Of a stretch of DNA of 64,000 nucleotides, positions 11,313 through 21,392 are shown piece by piece. Positions within the stretch are counted from its first letter, which is position 1; each line of letters opens with the position of its first letter. The DNA is from Candidatus Eiseniibacteriota bacterium (lineage in GTDB: Bacteria; Eisenbacteria; RBG-16-71-46; CAIMUX01; VGJL01). A program made the translations under genes and the position numbers. The DNA lies in the NCBI GenBank assembly GCA_963792585.1, contig CAWBWI010000002.1:288001-352000 (forward strand), written 5' to 3'. The notes below the pieces were generated by a model. That model saw only the letters and a program-made list of their open reading frames with translations, had not been told where the DNA came from and searched no databases.

Positions 11313-13057
11313 GCGCGAACCACTTCCGCGACGACCCTCCGCATGGCCTCCGTGTGCTCGCGCGCCATCCGTTCCCGGTTCGTCCGGACTTCGATCACCC
11401 GTTTCGCTCGGGAGGCGACGGCCGAGGTGACCGAGGCGGCGACCCCCTCCGGAGTCTCGGCGCGCGCGTACTCGAGACCGAAGATCTGCGCGACGGGCTC
11501 GAGATCACACCCATGCGGCGTCTCGAAGAGAGAGGCGCTGACATCGGGGAAACGGGCGATCGGGAGGTGCGCGAAGATGCCTCCGCCGTCGTTGTTCAGC
11601 AGGAGGATCGCGACGGGGCCCTCGATCCACCGACAGGCCCGCAACCCGCCCAGGTCGTGCAGGAACGCAAGGTCGCCGGTGACGAGCAGGAGCGGGGCCT
11701 TGGTCCCGAAAGCAGCGCCGAGCGCCGTCGACGTGATTCCATCGATTCCGTTCACGCCTCGGTTCACGAAGACATCGTGCCCGGCATCGGAGGACGGAAC
11801 ATACATGTCCGCCCAACGGATCGGCATGGAGTTCGAAAAGAAGAGGGTGGATCGCGGAGGCATCGCGCCGACCGCGCTCCGCACGGCGGCCGCCTCCAGA
11901 GGGACCGGTCCCTTCTCGATGAGCGCCCGCGCCGCCCGTTCCGCACGCGCGAATCGGCCCGGCCACGGCGCGCCCGGGTCGCGGCGAGCACCGATTGCCT
12001 GCGCGATGCGGGAGGAGACATCCCCGGCGCGGCCGCGGATCACCGAGCGGACGATCCCGTCGGGATCGTGACGTCGATCGTCCTCCTGCACGGCGAACAC
12101 CTCGGCTCCACGTCTCGCGAGCATGTCGTTGAGGCCCTTCGATGTGGGGAGCCCCCCGAGGCGAAGGACGACGTCGGGCGCCGGGTATTCCGATCCGATC
12201 GCTCGGGCGATACCATCGGCGTGCGCGCAGATCTCCGGCGCGTCGCCGGCGCGGAAACGAAGGCCCGAGGCGATGTCGGCCAGCACCGGCGCGCCCCACG
12301 CGCGGGCGAGGGCGAGAACTCCATCTCGTTCCACCGACCGGACCGACCCGGGGCCCGCCACGATCCATGGACGTTGGGCCGCCCTCAATCGTGGAATCAC
12401 CGGCTGGAGGGAGTCCCCTTCGAGATCGGTCGCCATCGTCTGCGGTTCGTCGCTGCGCACCTCGCTCCGCCACCATTCCCAAGCCGTGCGCACCGCCTCC
12501 GCGTCCACCGGCGAGGGCGTGAGCGGGTCGGCGAACGGAACGTCGATGTGCACGGGTCCCGCCGGCGGAGCGCATGCTTCCTTCATCGCCCCCAGAGCCA
12601 GATCCCGCAGCGCTCGCAACCCCTCGATCGCCAACCCGGGGAGTGGCAACTCGTGGAATCCGCGGACGAATCCCCCGTAGAGGTTTCTCTGATCCATTGT
12701 CTGGGGCGCGCCCGCAAAGCGAAGCTCCGGTGGCCGATCCGCTGTCAAGAGGATCATCGCGACGCACGCTTGCGAGGCCTCGCAGACCGCGGGCAGGTAG
12801 TTCGCGGCCGCAGTTCCGGAGGTGCATGCGAGCGCCGTGGCCGTTCCGGTTGCCTTGGCCAGCCCGAGAGCGAAGAACGCCGCCGAGCGTTCATCGAGGT
12901 GGATCGTCACCTCCAACCCCGGCGTCTCGTGCGCGGCGAGCACGAGTGGCCCGGAACGGGAGCCCGGGCTCACGCAGAGATGTCGAACGCCTCCCGTCTG
13001 AAGGGCGTCGAGCAGGATCCGCGCCCACAGGATGTTTGCGTTGGGGGGACCGCTCAA
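11303..13057 (-). CDS. menD: SEPHCHC synthase MenD
   Basis: SPGSRSGPL, DERSAAFFALG, TSGTAAANY, ADRPPEL, NRGVNGIDG, GDLAFLHD, NNDGGGIF; TTG start overlaps the menF stop. Confidence 0.95.
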   Translation of the reverse strand: MSGPPNANILWARILLDALQTGGVRHLCVSPGSRSGPLVLAAHETPGLEVTIHLDERSAAFFALGLAKATGTATALACTSGTAAANYLPAVCEASQACVAMILLTADRPPELRFAGAPQTMDQRNLYGGFVRGFHELPLPGLAIEGLRALRDLALGAMKEACAPPAGPVHIDVPFADPLTPSPVDAEAVRTAWEWWRSEVRSDEPQTMATDLEGDSLQPVIPRLRAAQRPWIVAGPGSVRSVERDGVLALARAWGAPVLADIASGLRFRAGDAPEICAHADGIARAIGSEYPAPDVVLRLGGLPTSKGLNDMLARRGAEVFAVQEDDRRHDPDGIVRSVIRGRAGDVSSRIAQAIGARRDPGAPWPGRFARAERAARALIEKGPVPLEAAAVRSAVGAMPPRSTLFFSNSMPIRWADMYVPSSDAGHDVFVNRGVNGIDGITSTALGAAFGTKAPLLLVTGDLAFLHDLGGLRACRWIEGPVAILLLNNDGGGIFAHLPIARFPDVSASLFETPHGCDLEPVAQIFGLEYARAETPEGVAASVTSAVASRAKRVIEVRTNRERMAREHTEAMRRVVAEVVRAWS

Positions 13058-14379
13058 TCCTCCGTCTCCGCGAAGAGGCTCAGGAAGGAGGCCGCCTTGC
13101 GCGCCGTCTCCTCCCATTCCGCCGCCGGGTCGGATCCGTGCACAATCCCGGCGCCGCCGATCACCGTGGCCGAGACACCGCGCACGATCGCCGATCGGAT
13201 CCCGACCGCAAAGTCGGCGGCCTCGAGGCCCACCCAGCCGATCGGCCCGGCGTACCAGCCACGAGGGCGCGGCTCGAGCTCGCGGATCGACGCCATCGCG
13301 GAGTGTTTCGGGGATCCTCCGACCGCAGGTGTTGGATGCAGCCGCGCGATCAACTCGGATAGCGAGACGGCCTCATCGAGCCAGCCACGCACCGGGGTGG
13401 ACAGGTGCTGGACCCGCGGCAAGCGGAGGACAAAAGGTGATGCGGGGGATTCTCGCCACAGGGTCAGGGGCGCAAGCGCCTCGAGGATTCCCTCGAGGAC
13501 GAGGCGATGCTCCCGCCGATCCTTTTCGCTCGCAAGCAGAGCCTGGGCCAAGCGGCCATCCTCCGCTTCGTCGCGGCCGCGCCGGATCGTCCCCGCGAGG
13601 CAGTCGCAGGAGACACCGCGCCCGTCGAGCCCCACGAGTCGTTCCGGGGTGGCGCCGATCAGCGTGCCGTCGCCGTCGAAGCGAAAGCAGAACTGGACAC
13701 CGTGCGGGGTCTGTCGCGTGATACGGGAGAAGAGGGCCCACGGGTCGATCGACTCCGCGGCGGCAAAACGAATGTCGCGAGAAAGCACGATCTTGCGCAT
13801 GGCGCCCGGGTCGATGCGGCGGATCGCCTCCCGGACGGCGGCCTCCCAGCGTGGCCGCTCTTCGGCGGATTCGACCCTGCGCAGGGTCAAGCGACGTGGA
13901 GCGGCCCCGTCGCCGCCCGTTCCCCGGATCGATCGGAGGATGGCTACCGCGCCCTCGGGATCCCCGATCATCGCCACGGTCGCTGGGCGGTCCGGCCGCG
14001 CCTGGCGCAACAGGACTTGGGGCAAGACGAAACGGGCGGCGGTCCCCGCCGGCCAGTCAGGATGTGGCCCTGCTGCGGGATCGAAGGCGATGCCCCCCCA
14101 ATAGCGGAGCATCCCGCGGGCTAGCGGCGGAGCATCGAGCTGCCGAAGGCGATCCCGGAGGCGATCCAGCATGCTCCAGACCTCATCGGGATCGTTCGTC
14201 TCCACTCTGTCGGCCGCCCCGAGTCCCAGCCACCGTTCTCCCGTCGCGCTGTCCGCCCAAGCGATCTGGGGGAAGACCCCGCTCGAATCCGGCAGCGCAT
14301 AGAGATCCGATCCCGCAAACACCTCGGCGAGGGTTGTCGGGAGACGGGATGGGTCGATGACGATCGATTCAAGGGACAT
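13054..14379 (-). CDS. menF: isochorismate synthase MenF
   Basis: KIVLSR, GATPERL, LAGT, KDRREH, LHPTPAVGG, RGWYAGPIGW, GAGIVHGS...EWEET. Confidence 0.92.
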   Translation of the reverse strand: MSLESIVIDPSRLPTTLAEVFAGSDLYALPDSSGVFPQIAWADSATGERWLGLGAADRVETNDPDEVWSMLDRLRDRLRQLDAPPLARGMLRYWGGIAFDPAAGPHPDWPAGTAARFVLPQVLLRQARPDRPATVAMIGDPEGAVAILRSIRGTGGDGAAPRRLTLRRVESAEERPRWEAAVREAIRRIDPGAMRKIVLSRDIRFAAAESIDPWALFSRITRQTPHGVQFCFRFDGDGTLIGATPERLVGLDGRGVSCDCLAGTIRRGRDEAEDGRLAQALLASEKDRREHRLVLEGILEALAPLTLWRESPASPFVLRLPRVQHLSTPVRGWLDEAVSLSELIARLHPTPAVGGSPKHSAMASIRELEPRPRGWYAGPIGWVGLEAADFAVGIRSAIVRGVSATVIGGAGIVHGSDPAAEWEETARKAASFLSLFAETED

Positions 14380-14492
14380 CCGGGATGGCTCCTCCGCGTG
14401 AGCCCATCACCGTATCGGATTCGGCCGACCCGGTAAACGCCATCTCGTGTCCATCCAGACGATTCGATAAACTCGCGGCGGGAGGGTAAACC

Positions 14493-15287
14493 ATGAGACG
14501 GACTCGAGTTCACGGACGAATTCTCGTCCTGGGGTTGGCCATCATCCTGTCGGCAGCGTCGTGCGCAACCGTTCCGGTGACAGGGCGCAAGAGCTTCATC
14601 CTCGTCTCCGAAGGAGAGGAAATGGCCCTGGGATCGGACAGCTATCAGCAGGTTCTCTCTCAGTCTGAGGTTGTGTCTTCGGGTCCCAATGCGGACATGG
14701 TCCGTCGTGTCGGGCAGCGCATCGCGAAGATCTGCGACCGGCCGGACTATGCTTGGGAGTTCACCCTGATCCGGGATGATGCGACCCCCAATGCCTTCTG
14801 CCTTCCCGGCGGCAAGGTTGCCGTATACACCGGCATCTTGAAAGTCACCCAGACCGAGGCGGGATTGGCAACCGTGATGGGCCATGAGATCGCGCACGCG
14901 ATCGCCCGACACGGCGGCGAGCGCATGACCGACCAGCTCGCCCTGCAGCTCGGCGGAGTGGGCTTGTCGACCCTACTGAAGGACAAGAGCCCGGCTGCTC
15001 GGGACATGGTCCTCGCTGCATACGGGGTCGGGGGGCAAGTCGGGGTGCTCCTGCCGTTCGGCCGTTCCCAGGAGAGCGAGGCCGACCACATCGGACTCAT
15101 CTACATGGCGCGCGCGGGCTACGATCCACGAGAGGCGATCGAATTCTGGAAGCGAATGGAAACTCTCGCCGGCGGCCAGGCGCCGCCCGAGTGGCTGAGC
15201 ACCCACCCGGGTCATGGCAAACGGGTCAAAGGCCTCGAGACGTGGTTACCCGAGGCGATCCGCGAGTACGAGGCGGCGAAGCAGTAG
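14493..15287 (+). CDS. M48 family Zn-metalloprotease lipoprotein
   Basis: Lipobox AASC; NAFCLPGGK, HEIAH (HExxH), ESEAD, WLSTHP. Confidence 0.9.
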   Translation: MRRTRVHGRILVLGLAIILSAASCATVPVTGRKSFILVSEGEEMALGSDSYQQVLSQSEVVSSGPNADMVRRVGQRIAKICDRPDYAWEFTLIRDDATPNAFCLPGGKVAVYTGILKVTQTEAGLATVMGHEIAHAIARHGGERMTDQLALQLGGVGLSTLLKDKSPAARDMVLAAYGVGGQVGVLLPFGRSQESEADHIGLIYMARAGYDPREAIEFWKRMETLAGGQAPPEWLSTHPGHGKRVKGLETWLPEAIREYEAAKQ

Positions 15288-15290
15288 CGG

Positions 15291-16247
15291 ATGTCGACGC
15301 CCCACGCTCCCGAGTCCAGAGAGGGAGGACTTCACGCCGTCCCGGATCCGGCGCGCGAGTACGACGCGGCCCGCCGCCGGGCGGGTGTCATCGCCCTGAC
15401 GTGGCGGGGCCTCTTGTCGGTCCGTGGTCGCGATGCGGTGGGATTCCTGAACGGGATGCTGACGCAGGACGTGCGCGGGATGGCTCCGGGCGAGGTGCGG
15501 CCGGCCTGCCAGGTCGACCGCAAAGGGCATCTCCTGGCGGATCTGCGGCTCTACCGACTCGACGACGGCGCCCTCCTCGACGCCCCTGCGGAGCGGGTCG
15601 TCCTGCTCGCGGACCTCTATGCGAAGCACCGAATCATGGAGCAAGTTCGAATCGAGCCGATGATAGACATGCGGGCCGTCCTGCTCATGGGGCCGGAATC
15701 CCCGGCCGTGCTGGAGCGGATGGGGGTGCCTGGCTGGCCGGCCTCCGAGATCGTGGCTCCGGGATTCTGTCATTGGAATTCGGAAGTTCAGGGGGCCGTC
15801 TCCCGGGCGGTCGCCGCCGGGGCCGAGCGGATCGGCGAGAGTGTCCTGGAGCGCCTACGGATCGAAGCGGGAAGGCCGCGTTTCGGACGGGACATGGATG
15901 AGACCCACTTCCCGCAGGAGATGCGGCTCGAGGATGCGATCAATGTTTCCAAGGGGTGCTATCTCGGGCAGGAGACGTTGGCGCGACTTCACTTTCGAGG
16001 CCACGTGAACAGGAGTCTATACGGGGTGAGGATTCCGGGAGAGGCGCCGGCCGTCGGGGCAGAGATGAGAATCGACGGTGAGGCCGCTGGAATCCTGAGC
16101 AGTGTCGCCGGTCCCCCGGGGACGGGGGACAGCCTCGGGTTGGTGCTCTTGCGGATCGGCCGGCAAGATGACGGGCGTCGTGTCGAAGTCGAGGGCAGGG
16201 AAGCGTTCTTGGAAGCACTTCCATTCCGGGAGGGTCGAGTTGGCTGA
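15291..16247 (+). CDS. ygfZ: folate-binding YgfZ/GcvT family protein
   Basis: KGCYLGQE signature; GRDAVGFLNGMLTQDV. Confidence 0.85.
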   Translation: MSTPHAPESREGGLHAVPDPAREYDAARRRAGVIALTWRGLLSVRGRDAVGFLNGMLTQDVRGMAPGEVRPACQVDRKGHLLADLRLYRLDDGALLDAPAERVVLLADLYAKHRIMEQVRIEPMIDMRAVLLMGPESPAVLERMGVPGWPASEIVAPGFCHWNSEVQGAVSRAVAAGAERIGESVLERLRIEAGRPRFGRDMDETHFPQEMRLEDAINVSKGCYLGQETLARLHFRGHVNRSLYGVRIPGEAPAVGAEMRIDGEAAGILSSVAGPPGTGDSLGLVLLRIGRQDDGRRVEVEGREAFLEALPFREGRVG

Positions 16248-16611
16248 TACTTCTGACGCGGGCAGCGTGTGGCTCTTCTCTGACGATCTGATCTTCACCG
16301 ACCGAATCGCGTCGATCGTTTCCTCTCGATCGATTCCGTTTCGCCGGATCGCGGAACAGGACCTTCCCGACCTACCCTCTCAACGGGGCCTTCTGATTCT
16401 GGACTTGGATAAAGGGATCCCCTCCCTCACCCGCGCAATCAACGTTGCCCGCAGTTCGGGACCCGGCGCATGGCACATTTGCGGATACGGCTCCCACATC
16501 GACGCGGAAGGCCTGCGCGCGCTCCGAGATGCCGGCGCTGATCGCGTGACCTCGCGATCGCGACTGCTTCAAACCATAGAACTTGTTATCGCAGAATCTG
16601 TTACAGGATAG
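16240..16611 (+). CDS. small receiver-domain-like protein
   Basis: DDLIF, LLILDLD, GYGSHID...AGADRV resemble a stand-alone atypical receiver fold; TTG start uncertain. Confidence 0.55.
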   Translation: MADTSDAGSVWLFSDDLIFTDRIASIVSSRSIPFRRIAEQDLPDLPSQRGLLILDLDKGIPSLTRAINVARSSGPGAWHICGYGSHIDAEGLRALRDAGADRVTSRSRLLQTIELVIAESVTG

Positions 16612-16726
16612 AGCTCAGAAACTTGTTGACCTTGTCTACCTATTATGAGAGTTTCCAACCCGCGTCTTGACGATGCTGCGGATCCGTGATTGTAGGTCGA
16701 GCCATGGACTTTCGAGGGGCAAGCAC

Positions 16727-17764
16727 ATGGATGTAGGACCAGGCCGGGGCTGGCAGAGCTTTCACGAAGTCATCGAGCAGTACGAGCGGTTCCTTCTCAC
16801 CTCCCACGTCTTTCCCGAAGGCGACTCCCTTGGTTCCGAGGTGGCCCTCGCCCTCTACTTGAGGGATCGGGGGAAGCGGGCGACGATACTCAACCCAACC
16901 CCCGCGCGCTCCTGCTACCAATCTCTGGTCGATCTCTTCCCCGTTCATGACCTGGGCGAGAACGGACATGTTCCGATCCCCGAGGACACGGAGGTCGTGA
17001 TCGCCCTCGACGTGAGCCAGTACGACTATCTCGGCCGGCTCGGAGGGATCATCCAGGACAGCGGGCTTCCGCTCGTCGCGATGGATCACCACCATCCGGG
17101 AGGAGAGTTCGGGGACCTGGTCCTGATCGATCCGACGGCGGCGAGCACAGGGGAGATGCTCTACGAGTTCCTCCGCTGGGCAGGGGCCCGCATCACGCCC
17201 TCGATCGCCCACGCGATCTACACCAGTCTGATGTTCGACACGGGTGGGCTCCGCGCCCCCCACACGACGAACCGCTCGGTCCTGATCGCCGCCGACCTGC
17301 TTCGGCATGGGGTCGATCACTCGGCGGTCGCGCGCGCAATATTCCAGAGTGAGAGTTACCCCCGGACCGCTTTGTACCGGAAGGCCCTCGAGGCGCTCCA
17401 GAGTGAACGGGACGGCAAGATCGCTTGGGTCTCGATCCCACATTCCGCGTTCGTCGAGACCGAGACGACCCTGCACGACGGCGACGGGATCCTGGACAAC
17501 CTGCTTTCGATCAGCGAAATCGAAATCTGTGTCCTGCTGCGAGAGGTCGCGGATTCGGGGGTTCGGATTACCTTCCGGTCGAAGGGCAAGCACGATGTCG
17601 GGGGGATCGCCACCCGCCTGGGTGGCGGGGGGCGGCCGACCGCCTCGGGCGTCTTTCTCCCCGTCTCCCTCGACGAGGCGACGAACTTGATACTCCCGAT
17701 CGTTCGGGACTTGCATGACGCCGCCGACCCCGCAGCGGCTCGGCTGGGGAGTTTCCGGGACTAG
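16727..17764 (+). CDS. DHH/DHHA1 phosphoesterase (NrnA-like)
   Basis: SHVFPEGDSLGS, MDHHH, DTGG, FRSK, LGGGGRPTASG. Confidence 0.85.
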   Translation: MDVGPGRGWQSFHEVIEQYERFLLTSHVFPEGDSLGSEVALALYLRDRGKRATILNPTPARSCYQSLVDLFPVHDLGENGHVPIPEDTEVVIALDVSQYDYLGRLGGIIQDSGLPLVAMDHHHPGGEFGDLVLIDPTAASTGEMLYEFLRWAGARITPSIAHAIYTSLMFDTGGLRAPHTTNRSVLIAADLLRHGVDHSAVARAIFQSESYPRTALYRKALEALQSERDGKIAWVSIPHSAFVETETTLHDGDGILDNLLSISEIEICVLLREVADSGVRITFRSKGKHDVGGIATRLGGGGRPTASGVFLPVSLDEATNLILPIVRDLHDAADPAAARLGSFRD

Positions 17765-18055
17765 CCCTTCGCATTGTGGACTGGAGATCGGCGATGATGG
17801 GTTGATGGGGGGTGTCGCCCCGCATCAACCCATCGAGCATTTCGCCGGCTCGAGCTTCTCTGCTCCTCCTCGTCCTTCCATGGCCCCGGGAGAATTCCGG
17901 TTCCGCCCCTCTCAGAACGCGCCCTCCGGTCGGATTGACCGGGAAGAGCGGGTTGCGGGTGGTGCTGCGCACGGTGGAGGAGTGGTAAGGTTGGCCGATA
18001 GGCGGACCGCAGGGGCGACCGAGCCCGCGGGTCAGCCCATCGGAAGGAGCCCTCG

Positions 18056-18535
18056 ATGGAGACCAGAGCCGGGAGCGAGGCGGCGGCCGCCCTCGGACGC
18101 GGCGCGCGGCGTAGGACGGTGGTCCAGATCACCAAGCAGGTCGAATTCAGCGCCTGCCACCGCCTCTACAACCCCGCGTTCGCAGACGAGAAGAACTGGA
18201 AGGTCTTCGGTATCTGCAACAACCCGAATGGCCACGGCCACAACTACGTGCTGGACGTCACCCTCTCGGGCGAGCCCGACCCGGAGACGGGCATGATCAT
18301 CGACTTGAAGGAGTTGAAGGATATTCTCGAGGATCGTCTGATCTCCAAAGTCGATCACAAGAACCTCAACCTCGATGTCGACTTCCTTCGTGACTGTGTC
18401 CCGACGGTCGAAAACCTGGTCATTCGGTTCTGGGATCTGCTCGACGGTCGGATTCCCGGATGCACGCTCCACGAACTCGTGCTCTATGAGTCGCGGACCA
18501 ACTTCGCCCGCTACTGCGGGCCCCAGGAGGGGTGA
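18056..18535 (+). CDS. 6-pyruvoyl-tetrahydropterin synthase / QueD family, CX5HGH (PTPS-II) type
   Basis: [39 protein letters not shown]. Confidence 0.9.
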   Translation: METRAGSEAAAALGRGARRRTVVQITKQVEFSACHRLYNPAFADEKNWKVFGICNNPNGHGHNYVLDVTLSGEPDPETGMIIDLKELKDILEDRLISKVDHKNLNLDVDFLRDCVPTVENLVIRFWDLLDGRIPGCTLHELVLYESRTNFARYCGPQEG

Positions 18536-19092
18536 GGGTGGAAGAGCTGATTCGTTCCATACTGATCGAGATCGGAGAGGATCCGGACCGTCAGGGGCTG
18601 GTCCGCACGCCCAAGCGGGTTTCCGATTCGTACCGTTTCTTGACCGCAGGCTACGGCATGAACCCCGAGGACGTCCTGAACAACGCCGTCTTCGACGAGC
18701 CGTACAACGAGATGGTCATCGTCAAGGAGATCGACTTCTACTCGCTCTGCGAACATCACCTCCTGCCGTTCTGGGGGCGGGCCCACATTGCCTACATCCC
18801 GAACGGGAAGATCATCGGCCTCTCGAAGCTGCCGCGACTCCTCGACGTCTTCGCCCGTCGACTCCAGGTACAGGAGCGCCTGACCCAACAGGTCGCCGAC
18901 AGCATCGAGAAGGCGCTCCAACCCCTCGGCGTCGCGGTCGTAGTCGAAGCGTTCCACCTCTGCATCGCGATGCGGGGGGTCGAGAAACAGAACGCATTCG
19001 CGACGACGAGCGCGATGCGGGGCGTGTTCCAGGATGACCGCGCCACCCGCAGCGAGTTCATGAACCTGATCGGCCACCACACACTCCGTTAG
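18532..19092 (+). CDS. folE: GTP cyclohydrolase I
   Basis: [47 protein letters not shown]. Confidence 0.96.
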   Translation: MRVEELIRSILIEIGEDPDRQGLVRTPKRVSDSYRFLTAGYGMNPEDVLNNAVFDEPYNEMVIVKEIDFYSLCEHHLLPFWGRAHIAYIPNGKIIGLSKLPRLLDVFARRLQVQERLTQQVADSIEKALQPLGVAVVVEAFHLCIAMRGVEKQNAFATTSAMRGVFQDDRATRSEFMNLIGHHTLR

Positions 19093-19101
19093 GGGGAGAC
19101 C

Positions 19102-19785
19102 ATGTCCAAGGGCGTCGCCTGGATCACGGGCGCTTCGTCCGGCATCGGGCGGGCGATCGCGGTGGAGTTGGCCGCCGCGGGGTGGCGCGTCGGCGTGGGC
19201 GCGCGCCGGGAGAACGCGCTCGCAGGTCTGGGAGAGGCCGCGGTTGGGCTGGATGTCTGCGACCGTGCTTCGGTCGCGCGTTGGGCTGCGGCCTTGCGGG
19301 GGCGGATTGGAGATCCCGACCTCGTTGTCAACGCCGCCGGCTGGGGAATCTTCGAAACGGTTCAGTCGACGAGCGACGAGGACTGGGATCGCACGATCGC
19401 AACGAACCTGACCGGCCTGTTCTATGTGACGCGAGAAACCCTTCCCTCGATGTTGGAGCGCGGTTCAGGGCATTTCGTGAACATCCTCTCGGTCGGCGCG
19501 CGTGTCGCGTTTCCCAAGAACGCCGCCTACAACGCCTCGAAATACGGCGCGCTCGGTTTCACGGAGGCGCTCCGCGCCGAGGCGCGCCGTCACGGCGTCC
19601 GTGTGACCTCCGTCCTGCCCGGGGCAACCGATACTCCATTCTGGAACCGGGTGGGCGGGGATTGGGATCGATCGAAGATGATGCCCCCGGCCGCCGTGGC
19701 CCGCGCCGTCCGAGAGGCGGCGGAGGCGGGACCCGAGTCCTTGGTCGAGGAAATCCGGATCGCACCGCCCTTGGGGAATCTCTAG
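19102..19785 (+). CDS. short-chain dehydrogenase/reductase (candidate sepiapterin-reductase-like)
   Basis: TGASSGIG, NAAG, YNASK, PGATDTPFW; co-oriented directly after PTPS-folE. Confidence 0.85.
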   Translation: MSKGVAWITGASSGIGRAIAVELAAAGWRVGVGARRENALAGLGEAAVGLDVCDRASVARWAAALRGRIGDPDLVVNAAGWGIFETVQSTSDEDWDRTIATNLTGLFYVTRETLPSMLERGSGHFVNILSVGARVAFPKNAAYNASKYGALGFTEALRAEARRHGVRVTSVLPGATDTPFWNRVGGDWDRSKMMPPAAVARAVREAAEAGPESLVEEIRIAPPLGNL

Positions 19786-19856
19786 GGGATGGACGCCCTC
19801 TCGATGCTCTCTCGCCTCTCGCGCTCCCGCGCGGAAAGAGTCATGAGAGCCGCATC

Positions 19857-20015
19857 ATGAGCCGGATCTCGATCCTCCGCGAGCTGTGGGACTTCCTGAG
19901 GGTGCGCAAGAAGTTCTGGCTGCTACCGGTGTTCCTCTTCCTGCTCGTCCTCGGAATCTTCATCGCCCTGTCATCGTCCAGCGCCCTTGCGCCGTTCATC
20001 TACGCCCTGTTCTAG
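19857..20015 (+). CDS. DUF5989-like small membrane protein
   Basis: 52 aa: LRELWDFLRVRKKFWLLP...ALAPFIYALF. Confidence 0.75.
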   Translation: MSRISILRELWDFLRVRKKFWLLPVFLFLLVLGIFIALSSSSALAPFIYALF

Positions 20016-21094
20016 ACCTCGGGGAAGAAGAACCGCTTCAGACACTGGATGTTCTTTTCGTACGCATCCGGGTACATGAACCAGTTCGCGATTGCCACCG
20101 AGCTCAGGAGCGAGTTGCCGTCCTGTGGGGTGAAGGAGAACCCGACGACCTCGCTGCCTCCCTCGACCTTCCGGACCTGCAGCGTGGGGACGACGATGAC
20201 CGTCTGGCTGAGGATCCGGCCGTAGTGCCCGTGGTCGCGTCCGAATGAGAAGATCTCGTTGGCCGACTTCTTCTCGGTGAGGGCGATCCGGTCGTTCGCC
20301 CTGAACCGCTCCATGAGCTGGTCCATCGTGATTTGCTCGCGCAATCTGATGTTGAACCAGAGACAGTGCATGTACTGAGTCGGCAGCTTGATGGCCGAGG
20401 AGAAGATGCTCAACTTGTAACCGAGCGTCTCGAAGAGGTGGTAGGCGTCGCGGGCGTGGTGCGTGCCGAAGTCCTTGTCGTCGTGCTTGCCGACCTTGGG
20501 TGCGGGGATGAAGTCGTCGTCCTGGCTGATGTCGCTGGCACGCCGCATGAGTAGGAATTTCCCCTCGACGAGGTTCTTCGGGTCATCCTTCGGAAGGGCG
20601 ATCGTCTTGAGGAGCACGGAGACGTTGTGGGTATTGCAACTGACGACCTGGATGAATTGATCCTTTTCGGTCTGCAGGACGGAATCGTTGATTCCGCGGG
20701 CGTACATCTTGCCGAAGCCGAACTCGGAACCCTGCGCGACGAACCCCAGGGTCGTTCCCTTGTGGCGGTCGTAGAATTGAGCCTTGTTGGCGTGGCCGAC
20801 GCCGGAGGGCGTGCAATCGATCACGACGGCCGCTTGCTGGAGCGCCTCTTCCGACTCCCACGTCACCTTCAGGCCCTGCTCCTCGAACTTCTCGATCGCT
20901 CCTCTATCGGTGCAGAGCAGTGCCCCTCGGGCGAGTAGGTCGCGGACCTTCGCGCGCTCGGTGGTCAACGGTGTCCGCTTGTGGAAGCTCACCGTCTCGA
21001 CGCCGAGTTGCTTTCGGTAGTCGCAGAGCAGCCCGATGAGCGGCTCGCCGATCGTCCCGGTCCCCACAACGTGGACGTGTTTCGAGTTCTTCAT
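20012..21094 (-). CDS. type II (archaeal-like) GAPDH-related oxidoreductase
   Basis: Rossmann VVGTGTIG; VIDCTPSG, AQGSE, VVSCNTH, RRASD, THHARD parallel the archaeal GAPDH motifs (DATP, QGGE, VVSCNTT, RRxxD, SHH). Confidence 0.65.
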   Translation of the reverse strand: MKNSKHVHVVGTGTIGEPLIGLLCDYRKQLGVETVSFHKRTPLTTERAKVRDLLARGALLCTDRGAIEKFEEQGLKVTWESEEALQQAAVVIDCTPSGVGHANKAQFYDRHKGTTLGFVAQGSEFGFGKMYARGINDSVLQTEKDQFIQVVSCNTHNVSVLLKTIALPKDDPKNLVEGKFLLMRRASDISQDDDFIPAPKVGKHDDKDFGTHHARDAYHLFETLGYKLSIFSSAIKLPTQYMHCLWFNIRLREQITMDQLMERFRANDRIALTEKKSANEIFSFGRDHGHYGRILSQTVIVVPTLQVRKVEGGSEVVGFSFTPQDGNSLLSSVAIANWFMYPDAYEKNIQCLKRFFFPEV

Positions 21095-21392
21095 GTCCCG
21101 AATCCTGTTCCTCCGCCGCCCATCGGCGCGGGTTTGGAGTCCATGGCCCGTCCCGACAACCGGGACTGCGGTCCTCCTCGACGCTCGGTCCCGCCGGGAC
21201 CTGCTCGCTCGGCGCCAACAGTAGGAAGGTCGATCGATTCCGTCAACCGCGTGGAGTCCCTGATTCCGGGGGGCTCGAGCGGGGGGTGCGTGCTAGATTT
21301 TCAACGATTCGGCAAGGAGGTGACTGGATGGCAGATTCGGATCGGATGAATTCGCGCGCTGACCGCGAGTTCTTCGCCGGCTCTCTCGCGCC

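Noticed and set aside
11294..14104. 936-aa plus-strand ORF and other long antisense ORFs
   Set aside because: Shadow frames of real genes (here menD/menF) in high-GC DNA; Arg/Pro/Gly-rich with no motifs.
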